Source: a virus
Taxonomy: Duplodnaviria > Caudoviricetes
Length of the DNA stretch: 64,000 bases
Virus record (IMG/VR): IMGVR_UViG_3300032007_000069
Span: 10,328-74,327 of that record
Reading direction: 5' to 3' (one strand)
How positions within the stretch are numbered: the first letter of the stretch is position 1; each line of letters begins with the position of its first letter. The position numbers and the translations under genes are program-made. Under the pieces are notes generated by a model. That model did no database searches. It was not told the origin of the DNA and was given only the letters and a program-made list of their open reading frames with translations. Below, one piece after another: positions 39,128-48,688 of this stretch.

Positions 39128-39964
39128 GAAACATCAGAGAAAGTTTTGCGTACCTCGACACCGCGAGCCAACAGGCAGCATGTATGTTCTGTCTGCGGCA
39201 AGCCGATAGAGAAAGGTGAGAGGTATCTCAATATCACCATCAAGCAGGGAAAGAAGCTTGTCAGTCGCAAGACTCACTTCGGTTGCAGCGAGAAGAAGGA
39301 GCAGCCGAAGGTCATGGCGGTCCCTGGAGTCCCGGTTACGGAGGCTCAGTTCAAGCAGCAGGTGCACGACGACACGCTGACGATGCTTGAGACGTTCACC
39401 TTTGAGGAGAACATGAAGATAGCGTTCCTCCCTCTCATCATCACAGAGGTTGCCTGGCACTATGCCTTCAAGGTTGTGAAGCAGGCAGCGGACTATAGGA
39501 TAGAGGCGACGAAGAAGCTGTCGAGAACCGTGAAGATGTTGCGCGAGAAGTACATCAGCGATTGCAAGAAAGACCTCGATCGTGCCCATATCGAGAAGAT
39601 GGAGAAAGGTGCCTCGATGTTCATTAAAGGCTGTGGCAATGATTTCCTGCTCCTGTTCTTCTCGATGAACAACCTACTGAAGAAGCAATGGGCAGACGTT
39701 CCGTATCTCGACATGAGGACGAATGCCTGTATCACGATGGTTCTTCTGAAGATGTTGAAGGAGCACAGCAAGAAGATGGATGAGCTGATGGCAAGCAAGC
39801 TCGGTGGTGACGTGCCGGCCTACCGCAACCCCATCAACGAAGCGTTGTGGGACTGCATGGATGCCTATGCCGACCCCTGTCAGTTCTCCTTTGACGGTCA
39901 TGTAAGGACGTCGATGCAGATAATCATGAAGAAGTTCAATCAGATAGAATGGGACATCAAGTAA
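39125..39964 (+). CDS. Hypothetical protein with N-terminal Zn-finger
   Basis: HVCSVCGKPI...HFGC; starts at AAGAGCAATG. Confidence 0.65.
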   Translation: METSEKVLRTSTPRANRQHVCSVCGKPIEKGERYLNITIKQGKKLVSRKTHFGCSEKKEQPKVMAVPGVPVTEAQFKQQVHDDTLTMLETFTFEENMKIAFLPLIITEVAWHYAFKVVKQAADYRIEATKKLSRTVKMLREKYISDCKKDLDRAHIEKMEKGASMFIKGCGNDFLLLFFSMNNLLKKQWADVPYLDMRTNACITMVLLKMLKEHSKKMDELMASKLGGDVPAYRNPINEALWDCMDAYADPCQFSFDGHVRTSMQIIMKKFNQIEWDIK

Positions 39965-39983
39965 CCCCTAAATAGAAAGTTTT

Positions 39984-40349
39984 ATGGAAAAAGAAATGAC
40001 GCTCAATCAGTATCAGCGGTGTGCACTCGAAACGGCAGTGTACCCGAAAGAGTTCAAGACCATCTATCCGGCTCTCGGTTTGACTGGAGAAGCTGGAGAG
40101 GTCTCAGACAAAGTGAAGAAAGTCCTGCGTGACTCGGAGGTGATTATCCGTGACGGTGCAGGCTCCATCGTTCTGCCAGATCAGAAGCGAGAGGAGTTGG
40201 CCAAGGAGGTCGGTGACGTCCTTTGGTATGTGGCAACCCTCGCACACGACATCGGCTATTCGCTGGAAGAGATAGCAGTGATGAACTACGAGAAGTTGAA
40301 GTCTCGCCAGCAGCGTGACCAGCTTCATGGAAGTGGTGATAATCGTTGA
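39984..40349 (+). CDS. mazG: MazG-like nucleotide pyrophosphohydrolase
   Basis: [16 protein letters not shown] and KEVGDVLWY motifs. Confidence 0.88.
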   Translation: MEKEMTLNQYQRCALETAVYPKEFKTIYPALGLTGEAGEVSDKVKKVLRDSEVIIRDGAGSIVLPDQKREELAKEVGDVLWYVATLAHDIGYSLEEIAVMNYEKLKSRQQRDQLHGSGDNR

Positions 40350-40369
40350 ACCCCTAAAATCAAAGAGCA

Positions 40370-40978
40370 ATGAAAGAAATTGTAGTAGCAGTCCCGGACG
40401 GCAAAAGAGCTGAATGGGTGAATGGTGTGCTCACACTCGTTGACGACGTTGTGGAAGCCACGAAAGACGAGCGTCCTGTAATGGAACGCATCAAGACGTT
40501 TGAAGATGCCTGCGATGAAGTTGGCAGACTTGCCGAAAGAGGTAACGAAGGCCTTGCCACACTACTGGCAGACTATGAGTCCAATGCTGACAACATCAAG
40601 ACGAAGGGTACGCTGGCATACATGAAGCTGTGCATCATAGCGGCAGCTCTCAACGAAGGTTGGGAACCTCAGTTCACTACTGACGAATACCGCTGGTACC
40701 CTTGGTTCACATTATGGACGAAAGAGGAACTGACAGACAAGACCGAAGAGTGGAAGCAGGAGCATAAGCTGTGGTGGGGCGGTTCCTCGCTCCTCGGGTC
40801 GCTTTGCGGTCTCGCTTATGCGCGCTCGGCCCCCGCTTGGTCGCACTCGGCCGCGTGCATCTCGGCTCGCCTTGCTGTCAAGTCAGAAGAGTTGGCAGAC
40901 TACTTCGGAAAGCAGTTCATTGAGATTTGGGCAGACTATGTTGGCCCGTTTAACCTAAAGGAAGAAAGTGATGATTGA
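40370..40978 (+). CDS. DGR target protein 2 (remote, non-structural region)
   Basis: Contains VR2; IAAALNEGWEP...YRWYPWF core; starts at AAGAGCAATG. Confidence 0.9.
   Translation: MKEIVVAVPDGKRAEWVNGVLTLVDDVVEATKDERPVMERIKTFEDACDEVGRLAERGNEGLATLLADYESNADNIKTKGTLAYMKLCIIAAALNEGWEPQFTTDEYRWYPWFTLWTKEELTDKTEEWKQEHKLWWGGSSLLGSLCGLAYARSAPAWSHSAACISARLAVKSEELADYFGKQFIEIWADYVGPFNLKEESDD
40766..40876 (+). repeat. DGR variable repeat VR2
   Basis: Aligns to TR 10697-10810 with 21 substitutions, all at TR adenines, plus one 3-nt gap (ATC) near the 5' end. Confidence 0.95.
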
Positions 40979-42143
40979 TAAGCTGAAAGTTTATGCACGG
41001 ACGATAGAAGATGAAGCCGTGCAGCAGATTGACAAGATGAACGGCTGTGATGCGTACAAGGATTGCCTGGTGCGCATCATGCCGGACTGCCATGCAGGTA
41101 TCGGTTGCACGATAGGTACGGTCATTTACCTGCAGGACAGGATAGTTCCCAATACGGTAGGTGTTGACATCGGCTGTGGTATGCTGGTCACCTGTCTCGG
41201 CAAGCAGGAGGTGGACTTGGAACGTCTCGATGAGGTAATCAATGAGAAGATACCTTCGGGCTTCAATATCCATGACAAGCAGCGTCGAGCCTTCCACCTG
41301 CTCGACAAGATGTACTGCAAGGAAGTCATTGACGAAGACATGGCTCTGCGAAGCATCGGCTCCCTCGGTGGTGGCAACCACTTCATCGAATTGGATGAGG
41401 ATGGTAACGGCAACAAGTACCTTGTCATTCACAGCGGAAGCCGAAACCTCGGCAAGCGAGTGTGTGACTACTGGCAGAAGAAAGCTGTTGACTACTGCAA
41501 GAAGCAGCAGTGCGATGAGCAGGAGATTATCGCACGTCTGAAAGCAGAAGGTCGTGAGCGTGAGATTTCAGCAGCCATAGCGGAAGCCAAGTCAAAGGCT
41601 GGTAAGATTGACAAGGAGCTGGCATACGTCGAAGGTACGGATGCCTCTCACTACCTGTTCGACATGATGATCTGCCAGAGCTATGCAAGCGAGAACCGCC
41701 ACACCATGGCCGACATCATCTGCCGTGAAATGGGATTGAAGGTGGAGCGTCAGTTCCAGACCATCCACAATTACATCGACCTGCAGCACAAAATCCTGCG
41801 TAAGGGAGCAGTAAGCGCCCTCAGAGGCGAGGAACTTCTGATACCCATCAACATGCGTGATGGCTCGCTCCTCTGTGTCGGCAAGGGCAACCTTGACTGG
41901 CTCTACTCAGCGCCTCACGGTGCCGGACGTCTGATGTCTCGCAAGAAAGCCAAGGAAACGCTCGACATGGCAGACTTCGAGAAGTCGATGGAGGGTGTCT
42001 ATACCACCTCGGTTTGCGAGAGCACGATAGATGAGGCTCCGATGGCGTACAAGCCCATGAAGGAGATCCTGGAGTGCATCGAGCCGACGGTGGAAGTGGT
42101 AGCGGTAATCAAGCCCTTGTACAATTTCAAGGCGAAGCAGTAA
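40968..42143 (+). CDS. rtcB: RtcB RNA ligase
   Basis: MPDCHAG, VGVDIGCG, GGGNHFIE, IHSGSR, HNYID, SAPHGAGR, DEAPMAYK. Confidence 0.95.
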   Translation: MMIDKLKVYARTIEDEAVQQIDKMNGCDAYKDCLVRIMPDCHAGIGCTIGTVIYLQDRIVPNTVGVDIGCGMLVTCLGKQEVDLERLDEVINEKIPSGFNIHDKQRRAFHLLDKMYCKEVIDEDMALRSIGSLGGGNHFIELDEDGNGNKYLVIHSGSRNLGKRVCDYWQKKAVDYCKKQQCDEQEIIARLKAEGREREISAAIAEAKSKAGKIDKELAYVEGTDASHYLFDMMICQSYASENRHTMADIICREMGLKVERQFQTIHNYIDLQHKILRKGAVSALRGEELLIPINMRDGSLLCVGKGNLDWLYSAPHGAGRLMSRKKAKETLDMADFEKSMEGVYTTSVCESTIDEAPMAYKPMKEILECIEPTVEVVAVIKPLYNFKAKQ

Positions 42144-42162
42144 CCAAAAGCAAAGTGAAAGT

Positions 42163-43533
42163 ATGACGTACAATGAGACGATATTGTTCCGTCGCTTCAT
42201 GGAGAGCAAGGGGGTACTCAATAATTACGAGTACCTCTACCGCTCCCATCGTTTCGACAATCGGGATATAAACCAGTTCTTTGATGAAGTTGATGCAGAG
42301 GACGTGATATTGTCGGCCTTTGACTTCTCTGGAGCAAGGAGCACCATCTTCGGCTATCAGTATTGGAAGAAGATGAATGAGAAATGGCAAGTCCGTCTCA
42401 GCGAGTACAGAAATTCCGGCCAGTTGGAGGAGAACGTTCAGATATTGTGCGTCCACTGCAAGCGCACGTTACCGAAGTCTTCTTTCGCATACACCACGAA
42501 GGGAGTCTTGCACAAGCATTGTAAGGAATGCGAGAGCGGTGAGTGGGACAGGAAGCGCAAGGAGAAAGAAAAGGAAGAGCAGGAACGTGAGAAACAGGAG
42601 AAAGCGGCCAAGCAGCTCGAAAAGGAAATCATGGAAAAGGAAACCAAGTTGAATAAGACGACGAAGGTTTGCACCCATTGCGGTAAGCGTAAGCTGAGGT
42701 CTGAGTTCCTCCCCTCATCCACTTCTGAGGACGGCTTGCAATCCTGGTGTAGGAAATGCCAAGATGCAGCGGCAAACGTAAGTGCTGAGGCAGACTGGCA
42801 AATGGAACGTGAAAAGAAGCGCGAGGAAATGATCGAGCTTCCGTCCGCAAAGCCTGCCTCCCTCGACAAGCTGACGGCACCGAAGCTGGGTGAGTATGAT
42901 GCTACGTTGCACTATAAGGCAGCGCAGAAGAGTATCACCTTCAACGCTACCCTGTCGGAGCAGCTGCAGGCTGGTCAGTTCACCAAATGCTATCTGAAGA
43001 CGGATATGGCACAGAGGTTATTCCTCATCTTCAATCGTGTCGAAGGTGCCAACGTCGTAGGTGTCAGCAGCCGTGCATCCATGTTGCTCGGTATCAACTC
43101 AGCCGACATTTGCAGGTCGCTGGCAGCTCGCTTCAACCTGTCGCTGGGTGAGAACTACTACCTGCACATCACTCGTAACCTGTCGAGACGTGAAGAGGTG
43201 GCCACCATCGAAGTGCTGGCAGTCAGAAGCCGTGAAGAGTATGTTGGTATAGCGCAGAGACGTGATGGCAACGAGCCATCAGAGTCAGAACTGGAGCATC
43301 CGGTGGTTCAACCTCAGCCGATAGTTGAGACACCAGCTCTGAAGAAGTCAGAACCTAAGAAACCCGAAACGAAACCCACTATGGAGTTTAGCACACCAAT
43401 GAAAGCCGAAGAGAAGCTTCAGTGGCTTATCGAGAACAATCATTTGACCGAGCAAGACCTCGCTGCCTTCCTCTACAAGAAAGGATGGAAGTTGCAGGAG
43501 CCTGTGAGGTCGTATAAGAAATTCACACTATAA
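42163..43533 (+). CDS. Hypothetical protein with two CxxC...CxxC Zn-ribbons
   Basis: CVHC...CKEC and CTHC...CRKC. Confidence 0.65.
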   Translation: MTYNETILFRRFMESKGVLNNYEYLYRSHRFDNRDINQFFDEVDAEDVILSAFDFSGARSTIFGYQYWKKMNEKWQVRLSEYRNSGQLEENVQILCVHCKRTLPKSSFAYTTKGVLHKHCKECESGEWDRKRKEKEKEEQEREKQEKAAKQLEKEIMEKETKLNKTTKVCTHCGKRKLRSEFLPSSTSEDGLQSWCRKCQDAAANVSAEADWQMEREKKREEMIELPSAKPASLDKLTAPKLGEYDATLHYKAAQKSITFNATLSEQLQAGQFTKCYLKTDMAQRLFLIFNRVEGANVVGVSSRASMLLGINSADICRSLAARFNLSLGENYYLHITRNLSRREEVATIEVLAVRSREEYVGIAQRRDGNEPSESELEHPVVQPQPIVETPALKKSEPKKPETKPTMEFSTPMKAEEKLQWLIENNHLTEQDLAAFLYKKGWKLQEPVRSYKKFTL

Positions 43534-43543
43534 CGGAAAGGTT

Positions 43544-44701
43544 ATGAAAAAGAAAGACGTGGAAAAGTGTCAGCACATCAATCTGAGTACTGACCCGAAC
43601 GAAATCCTGCAAACCATGCTGTTGGAGTTGCCAACGGTGAAGTACTTCTTCATGAAGGACTATGGTGGCAAGAAGAAGTTCTTTGACCATCAAGACAAGA
43701 CTCTTGACAAGTGTTTGGAAGAAGAGAAGTCCAGCGTTACCGACATCAGCGAATATATCTCGCAGAAGGGTAACAGATGGATGTCGTACAGCTTCTTCGA
43801 GTATTTCCCTCGTGCCAAGTTTGCACAGGCATGGCCTACCTCATTCATCTACTATGAGACCTATGGCTCATGCGGTGCCTTCTTTCCCACCTACCGCCCA
43901 TCGAAGAAAAAGGGCGACAAGGGCAAGATTAACGAGGTCTATGGTGTGCTGATATTCACCTCACACTTCTTCCAGAGAATGTCGGAGAGGACAGGCAAGG
44001 CATACCGCTCCCGTGAGCTGATACAGGAGTTCATAACGACGAAGGAAACCCATGCTGCACAAGCCGATGCAGACGGTGAGGTAATCATGAAGTTCAAGGG
44101 TGGCTATGGCTTCGGTGTCCTGCGAAGCGAGAAGCCGTATGTCCTGGAGGTGAGAACGTTCCTCACGGATGAGCAGCTGTCACCCAAGCAGAAGCGCAAA
44201 TGCGAGAAGATTGATGCCTATGCAGAACTGATAAAGGACGGAACCTTCTTGAAGGACGTGAGCAACCATACAGCCTACCATTCGACGAACACTCCAGAGG
44301 AGAATATGAAGCAGGCTATGCACAACCTCGAACTGGCGAAGAAGATAGGTGCAGATCGTTTCCTTATGCTTGCCGGAATGGTGCACTTGACGTTCTTGAA
44401 GCTTATGACTGACATACTCGGCATGAGCCTTGAAGAGATTAGTCCAGCTCAGAACGTAGTCATTGGCAACGAGACGCAGGAGTGCTATGCAGACTTCTTG
44501 AATAAGTATGAGCACTTCGATGGTCGTAATGCAACAGATGAGGAAAACCAGCAGTTCAGAGACGACCTGTTGGATTGCATGGTCAAGGCGGCAAAGAAGC
44601 TGAAGTTGCGTAGTATGACCAGAGAGCGGATAGAACAGCAATTCGACAAGGCTCTTGCGCATAGTAATGCTAACACAGAGGCGTTTGCAGATGGAAAGTG
44701 A
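43544..44701 (+). CDS. Hypothetical protein
   Basis: 385 aa ORF with phage-typical codon usage. Confidence 0.65.
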   Translation: MKKKDVEKCQHINLSTDPNEILQTMLLELPTVKYFFMKDYGGKKKFFDHQDKTLDKCLEEEKSSVTDISEYISQKGNRWMSYSFFEYFPRAKFAQAWPTSFIYYETYGSCGAFFPTYRPSKKKGDKGKINEVYGVLIFTSHFFQRMSERTGKAYRSRELIQEFITTKETHAAQADADGEVIMKFKGGYGFGVLRSEKPYVLEVRTFLTDEQLSPKQKRKCEKIDAYAELIKDGTFLKDVSNHTAYHSTNTPEENMKQAMHNLELAKKIGADRFLMLAGMVHLTFLKLMTDILGMSLEEISPAQNVVIGNETQECYADFLNKYEHFDGRNATDEENQQFRDDLLDCMVKAAKKLKLRSMTRERIEQQFDKALAHSNANTEAFADGK

Positions 44702-45026
44702 AATGAAGATACTTGAGCTGCCGTTGAAGTCTCGGTGGTACTTGATGATAGAGTCTGGCATCAAGCCGGAGGAATATCGTGAAATCAAGCCGTATTGGAG
44801 CAAGAGACTGATTGGCTTTGACAGCCCCTTGTTCTCCCACAGGAACGGCTACAGCCAGTGTAACGCAAAAGGTTATACGCATGTCCGTTTCCGCTACGGC
44901 TATACGAAGCGGTCGATGCTCTTCAAGATTGAGAGCATTGTGATAGGTCGCGGCAATCCCGAATGGGGAGCGCCTGCTGACAAGAGTGTGTTCATCATAA
45001 AGCTTGGAGAGAGAGTATGCCAATAA
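44691..45026 (+). CDS. ASCH-domain protein
   Basis: ILELPLKSRWYLMIESGIKPEEYREIKPYW. Confidence 0.75.
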   Translation: MESEMKILELPLKSRWYLMIESGIKPEEYREIKPYWSKRLIGFDSPLFSHRNGYSQCNAKGYTHVRFRYGYTKRSMLFKIESIVIGRGNPEWGAPADKSVFIIKLGERVCQ

Positions 45027-45325
45027 GACCGGAGAACAGGGCCAGATACCCGAAGGATTGGAAGGAGATACGTGCAAGCATCTTGAAGCGTGCCGGCAAC
45101 CGATGTGAGTTCTGTGGCATCGAGAACTATGCCATCAGAGAGAACGGTTCCAAGGTCGTGCTGACGATAGCCCACCTCGACCATATCCCAGAGCATTGCG
45201 ACCCGAGCAATCTGCGAGCTTTGTGTCAGAAGTGTCATAACCAGTACGATGCAGCCCATCGTGCAGAGACAAGGAAACGTACCAGGAATGAAAAGGAAAA
45301 AGATTTGCCCTCATTGTGGCCGTAG
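45017..45325 (+). CDS. HNH endonuclease-like protein
   Basis: CEFCG, LTIAHLDH, NLRALCQKCHN. Confidence 0.8.
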   Translation: MPIRPENRARYPKDWKEIRASILKRAGNRCEFCGIENYAIRENGSKVVLTIAHLDHIPEHCDPSNLRALCQKCHNQYDAAHRAETRKRTRNEKEKDLPSLWP

Positions 45326-45872
45326 CCTGTGGCTGTCCTCATTCTACCCTCAGAAGGGTGGTGGAAGGTCAAGCTGGTGCAAGGATTGTCAGAGGCAGTC
45401 CAAGCGTGACTGGTATGCAGCCAACAGGAAGAAGCCGGATGGTACGCACTATGACAGAGAGACGGGAAGGTGTTATGTTCACAACGGCTGCAGCAAGCGT
45501 ATCATGTGGAGCCGTCAGATGCTCGATGATCTGCGCTCGATGTTTCCGACCACTCAGAACGCAGAACTGGCAGGCATCCTCGGTGTGAGTCAGAGGACGA
45601 TGATACGCAAGGCTCGTGAGCTTGGTCTGGAGAAGAACAAGACTTGGCTTCTGAAGCAGTGGGAGGACAACAGGTTTCTCGCTCATTGCGTGGCAAAGCA
45701 GAAAGGCTATCCGGGTTCCATCAAGAAGGGTGAGCATAGAGGTCGTGACAACGAGTTCAAGCCTGGTCACAGAATGGCTGACGAAGAGAAGGAGAAGCAG
45801 TCTCGCTCGTTGAAGGCCTCATGGGTGAAAAGAAGATTCAAGAACATAATGAAGAAAAGACATGGCGAATAA
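45288..45872 (+). CDS. Zn-ribbon plus HTH protein
   Basis: CPHCG...CKDC and AELAGILGVSQRTMIRKARELGL. Confidence 0.65.
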   Translation: MKRKKICPHCGRSLWLSSFYPQKGGGRSSWCKDCQRQSKRDWYAANRKKPDGTHYDRETGRCYVHNGCSKRIMWSRQMLDDLRSMFPTTQNAELAGILGVSQRTMIRKARELGLEKNKTWLLKQWEDNRFLAHCVAKQKGYPGSIKKGEHRGRDNEFKPGHRMADEEKEKQSRSLKASWVKRRFKNIMKKRHGE

Positions 45873-46020
45873 TGACTTCACTTATTGCAAGGGCAATCGT
45901 TGTGCCCTCAGAGAGCATTGTGTCCGCTTCGTGGAAGGCTGCAAGCTTCCAGAAGATAACATGGAGTGGATGCAGAGTTGTGACGAATTGACAAGAATGG
46001 GATTCATTGAAACTGCATGA
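45862..46020 (+). CDS. Small Cys-rich protein (52 aa, absent from the ORF track)
   Basis: Manual translation MANNDFTYCKGNRCALREHCVRF...; overlaps both neighbours. Confidence 0.55.
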   Translation: MANNDFTYCKGNRCALREHCVRFVEGCKLPEDNMEWMQSCDELTRMGFIETA

Positions 46021-46301
46021 AGAAGTACAAGTACAAGAGAGAGCATTTCGACTCGCAGGAGCAGTACGACAGCTTCAAGGGCAAGCGTACTAAGTGGCAG
46101 AAGTCATGGCTGGATAAGTTCGAGTCAGCCAATCCGGAGCACAAGGAGAGACGTTTGCTCAGGCAGCGTTTGTACTCTCGCTATTACCATCATACCGACT
46201 GCCACCAGAGCTTTGCGGAATGGCTGCGTGAGACCCTTCATATCGACAATATAAAGACGGTGCCTCTGGAACGTCTGAAAGCGTTAGTGAGCAAAAGTTA
46301 A
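46017..46301 (+). CDS. Hypothetical protein
   Basis: 94 aa, ATGA overlap. Confidence 0.55.
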   Translation: MKKYKYKREHFDSQEQYDSFKGKRTKWQKSWLDKFESANPEHKERRLLRQRLYSRYYHHTDCHQSFAEWLRETLHIDNIKTVPLERLKALVSKS

Positions 46302-46416
46302 ATCTTTGATTTCAAGCGTTTTGTGCTGAAAATAATTGCGTTTCTGTTTGGTCAAATGAAAAAAAATGGCTAACTTTACAGCAAATAAAAGAAACATAAA
46401 AAATCATAGAGCAATG
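46294..46416 (+). promoter_or_regulatory. Class I promoter/leader module 4
   Basis: AAAGTTAAA 46294, TAACTTTA 46371, TAAAAGAAACA 46386, AGAGCAATG 46408. Confidence 0.7.
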
Positions 46417-46806
46417 AGACAGCAAGAGTTTGAAAGCAGGGTACAGATGCAAGTCAGCATCGAAGAGTACAGCCACATCGAGCAAGTGTACATGAACAGC
46501 GACCTCGACAAGGATGAGTTCTGCAAGTTATGGGTAAAGATGAACCGCTCCAGAGTTCTCGCATCCATCGAGAAGGAGAAGGCTCGCAAGCAGCAGGAAG
46601 CCTTGAACGACAAGCTGTGGTACATCGTCACGAAGTATGGAAACAGAGATTACAAGTACATCGGCAGCGAGTCAGCCTACTCCGGCTTCACGAAGAGAGA
46701 GAAGGCAACGATTGAGTCTGCAGGTCTGGAACTTGAAAGCGGTATCTGTCCGAAGGTCATGAGCACAGTGCTCTACGAGATCCGCAAGTATCTGAAAGCA
46801 GCATGA
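46414..46806 (+). CDS. Hypothetical early protein
   Basis: Start re-placed at AGAGCAATG. Confidence 0.65.
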   Translation: MRQQEFESRVQMQVSIEEYSHIEQVYMNSDLDKDEFCKLWVKMNRSRVLASIEKEKARKQQEALNDKLWYIVTKYGNRDYKYIGSESAYSGFTKREKATIESAGLELESGICPKVMSTVLYEIRKYLKAA

Positions 46807-46862
46807 GAGAAGGGAGGGTTCGCCCTCCCACCCATTATAAGAAACGTTTAATTGAAAGAGCA

Positions 46863-47777
46863 ATGAAAGTAAAGAAGTTAGTTTGGTCGCCTTCTAAGAC
46901 ATACAGAAGCGACGGTAAGAATTACAGGATTTCGGTCCATGCAAGTCTTGACGATGATTGTCATAACATGACTTGTGATTTCAGTATCACTGGTGACGTT
47001 TACGAGCAGAAACGTAATGGCAGATGGGAGCACTACACAGGTGGTTGCATCCATGAAAGGATTGTAAGGCACTTCCCAGAGCTGAAGAAGTTCATTCCTC
47101 TGCACCTGTCGAATTACCTTGGCCAGCCGATGTACCCCGAGGCTAATGGTCAGTATTTCATCAGAGAGAGAGGCAAGAAGGTTGCTATGGATGAGCTTCG
47201 TTGTACTGCAGAAGAGTTCACAGCTCTATCCTGTTATTGTGAAACAGAAGATCGTCCGTACTTCAAGTATCTGCTTTTCAAGATTGGTTTGGTTGACCGC
47301 TGGAAGAAGGAAGCTGACGAGTTCATCAAGTTCCTGGAGGAGAAGACTGGCAACGAATGGGAGAACCCATACAAGCCGGAAGAGGAAAGGTTTGTTCTCC
47401 GAATGACGGATGAAGAGAGGAGTGAGATAGAGAAGGATGAGAAAGAAGATTTCTACTCCATCGAGAATGTGAAAGCAAGAGCGGAAGAGCGTCTGCGCTT
47501 GAAGAACGAAGCAATACGGGCAAAGGTTATTGAGGACTGCGAGAAGGAGTGCAAGAAAGCTACGGAAGAGCGCGATGTCAAGCTGTACATCTTCGACTGC
47601 GGGCTACCTCTCAATAATGTGATTTTCTACAACCACACGAAGGAGGTGGTGTTCAACTGGCAGGACTATGAGTCTAAGATAACCCAAGAGCAGTTCGATG
47701 AATTTGTCAGCAAGGTTGACTATTCGAAGCTGCCGGAAGGTGTCACGTTCCACTTCGGAAAGAAAGACAAGAAGTAG
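46863..47777 (+). CDS. Hypothetical early protein
   Basis: Start re-placed at AAGAGCAATG; preceded by a GGGAGGG-TTCG-CCCTCCC hairpin (46812-46829). Confidence 0.7.
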   Translation: MKVKKLVWSPSKTYRSDGKNYRISVHASLDDDCHNMTCDFSITGDVYEQKRNGRWEHYTGGCIHERIVRHFPELKKFIPLHLSNYLGQPMYPEANGQYFIRERGKKVAMDELRCTAEEFTALSCYCETEDRPYFKYLLFKIGLVDRWKKEADEFIKFLEEKTGNEWENPYKPEEERFVLRMTDEERSEIEKDEKEDFYSIENVKARAEERLRLKNEAIRAKVIEDCEKECKKATEERDVKLYIFDCGLPLNNVIFYNHTKEVVFNWQDYESKITQEQFDEFVSKVDYSKLPEGVTFHFGKKDKK

Positions 47778-47808
47778 TTTTAGTATTCACCATAAAAGTA
47801 ATTAAAGT

Positions 47809-48468
47809 ATGGAATTTTTCAAGACAATCGCAGATTTCCTGCAAGACGGCCAGCAGCTACAGATGGCCATTCGTAAGAGCGGTGAAAACATCGCAGTAAG
47901 TATCTTGCCCGACAACAGAGGTGTCAAGGACAAGGCAGTAGAGAACATCACTCCGCTGGTCATGAGCGGAAGCCCAGAGGAGTTCGAGGAAGGCTTTGCC
48001 GACGCTCTCAAGCCTCTGCAGGAGGCACAGGGCTTAGTGTCTAACATCAAGGAGTTTGAGGCGAACACCGAGAAAGCCAAGCGTGAGTCCGAAATGGCAA
48101 AGAAGCTCAAGGACGAAGCCGCTAAGCAGAAGAAGGAGTTCAACGACCTCATCGCTCTTGCCCGTAAGAACAACGAGGAGCACAAGTTCAAGGATGCTCG
48201 CACGGTACTGGCAAAGGCTACTGCACTCCCTGCAGCAGAGAAGTCAATCATTGACAAGGTGCGCAAGGAGATTGACGACAAGTCCGGTGTCGGTAATATG
48301 TTCGGAGGCGAGGAAGATCTGAGCGACGGCAAGGGTATCTCAGTATCGGCATCCAAGCCTGCACCTGCTCCAGAGAAGAAGTCAGACACGGACGCTGCCT
48401 TTGCTGAGGCAATGGAACTGTCTGACGAAGACAACGAGAATGACAACCAAGAAGAAGAGGAGGAATAG
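47809..48468 (+). CDS. PRTRC system protein E
   Basis: PLVMSGSPEEFEEGF N-terminal domain; first gene of a canonical cassette. Confidence 0.8.
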   Translation: MEFFKTIADFLQDGQQLQMAIRKSGENIAVSILPDNRGVKDKAVENITPLVMSGSPEEFEEGFADALKPLQEAQGLVSNIKEFEANTEKAKRESEMAKKLKDEAAKQKKEFNDLIALARKNNEEHKFKDARTVLAKATALPAAEKSIIDKVRKEIDDKSGVGNMFGGEEDLSDGKGISVSASKPAPAPEKKSDTDAAFAEAMELSDEDNENDNQEEEEE

Positions 48469-48471
48469 ACT

Positions 48472-48681
48472 ATGGCACTTAACGTAACAGGTATGAAGCG
48501 TGTCTTCAAGTTCGGTAATCGTGAGCTGAAAGACCCAGACAAGAACATGTCGCCCGAAGATGTGATGCAGTTCTATTCGGGAACGTACCCGGAGTTGACC
48601 ACCAGCAACGTCCACGGCCCCAAGGTCGAAGAGGATAAGGCGGTCTATGAGTTCAAGACAACGGTAGGAACAAAGGGATGA
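48472..48681 (+). CDS. PRTRC system protein C (prokaryotic ubiquitin-like)
   Basis: RVFKF...LKDPD...SPEDVMQFYSGTYPELTT...VGTKG with terminal Gly. Confidence 0.88.
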   Translation: MALNVTGMKRVFKFGNRELKDPDKNMSPEDVMQFYSGTYPELTTSNVHGPKVEEDKAVYEFKTTVGTKG

Positions 48682-48688
48682 GTAAGAA

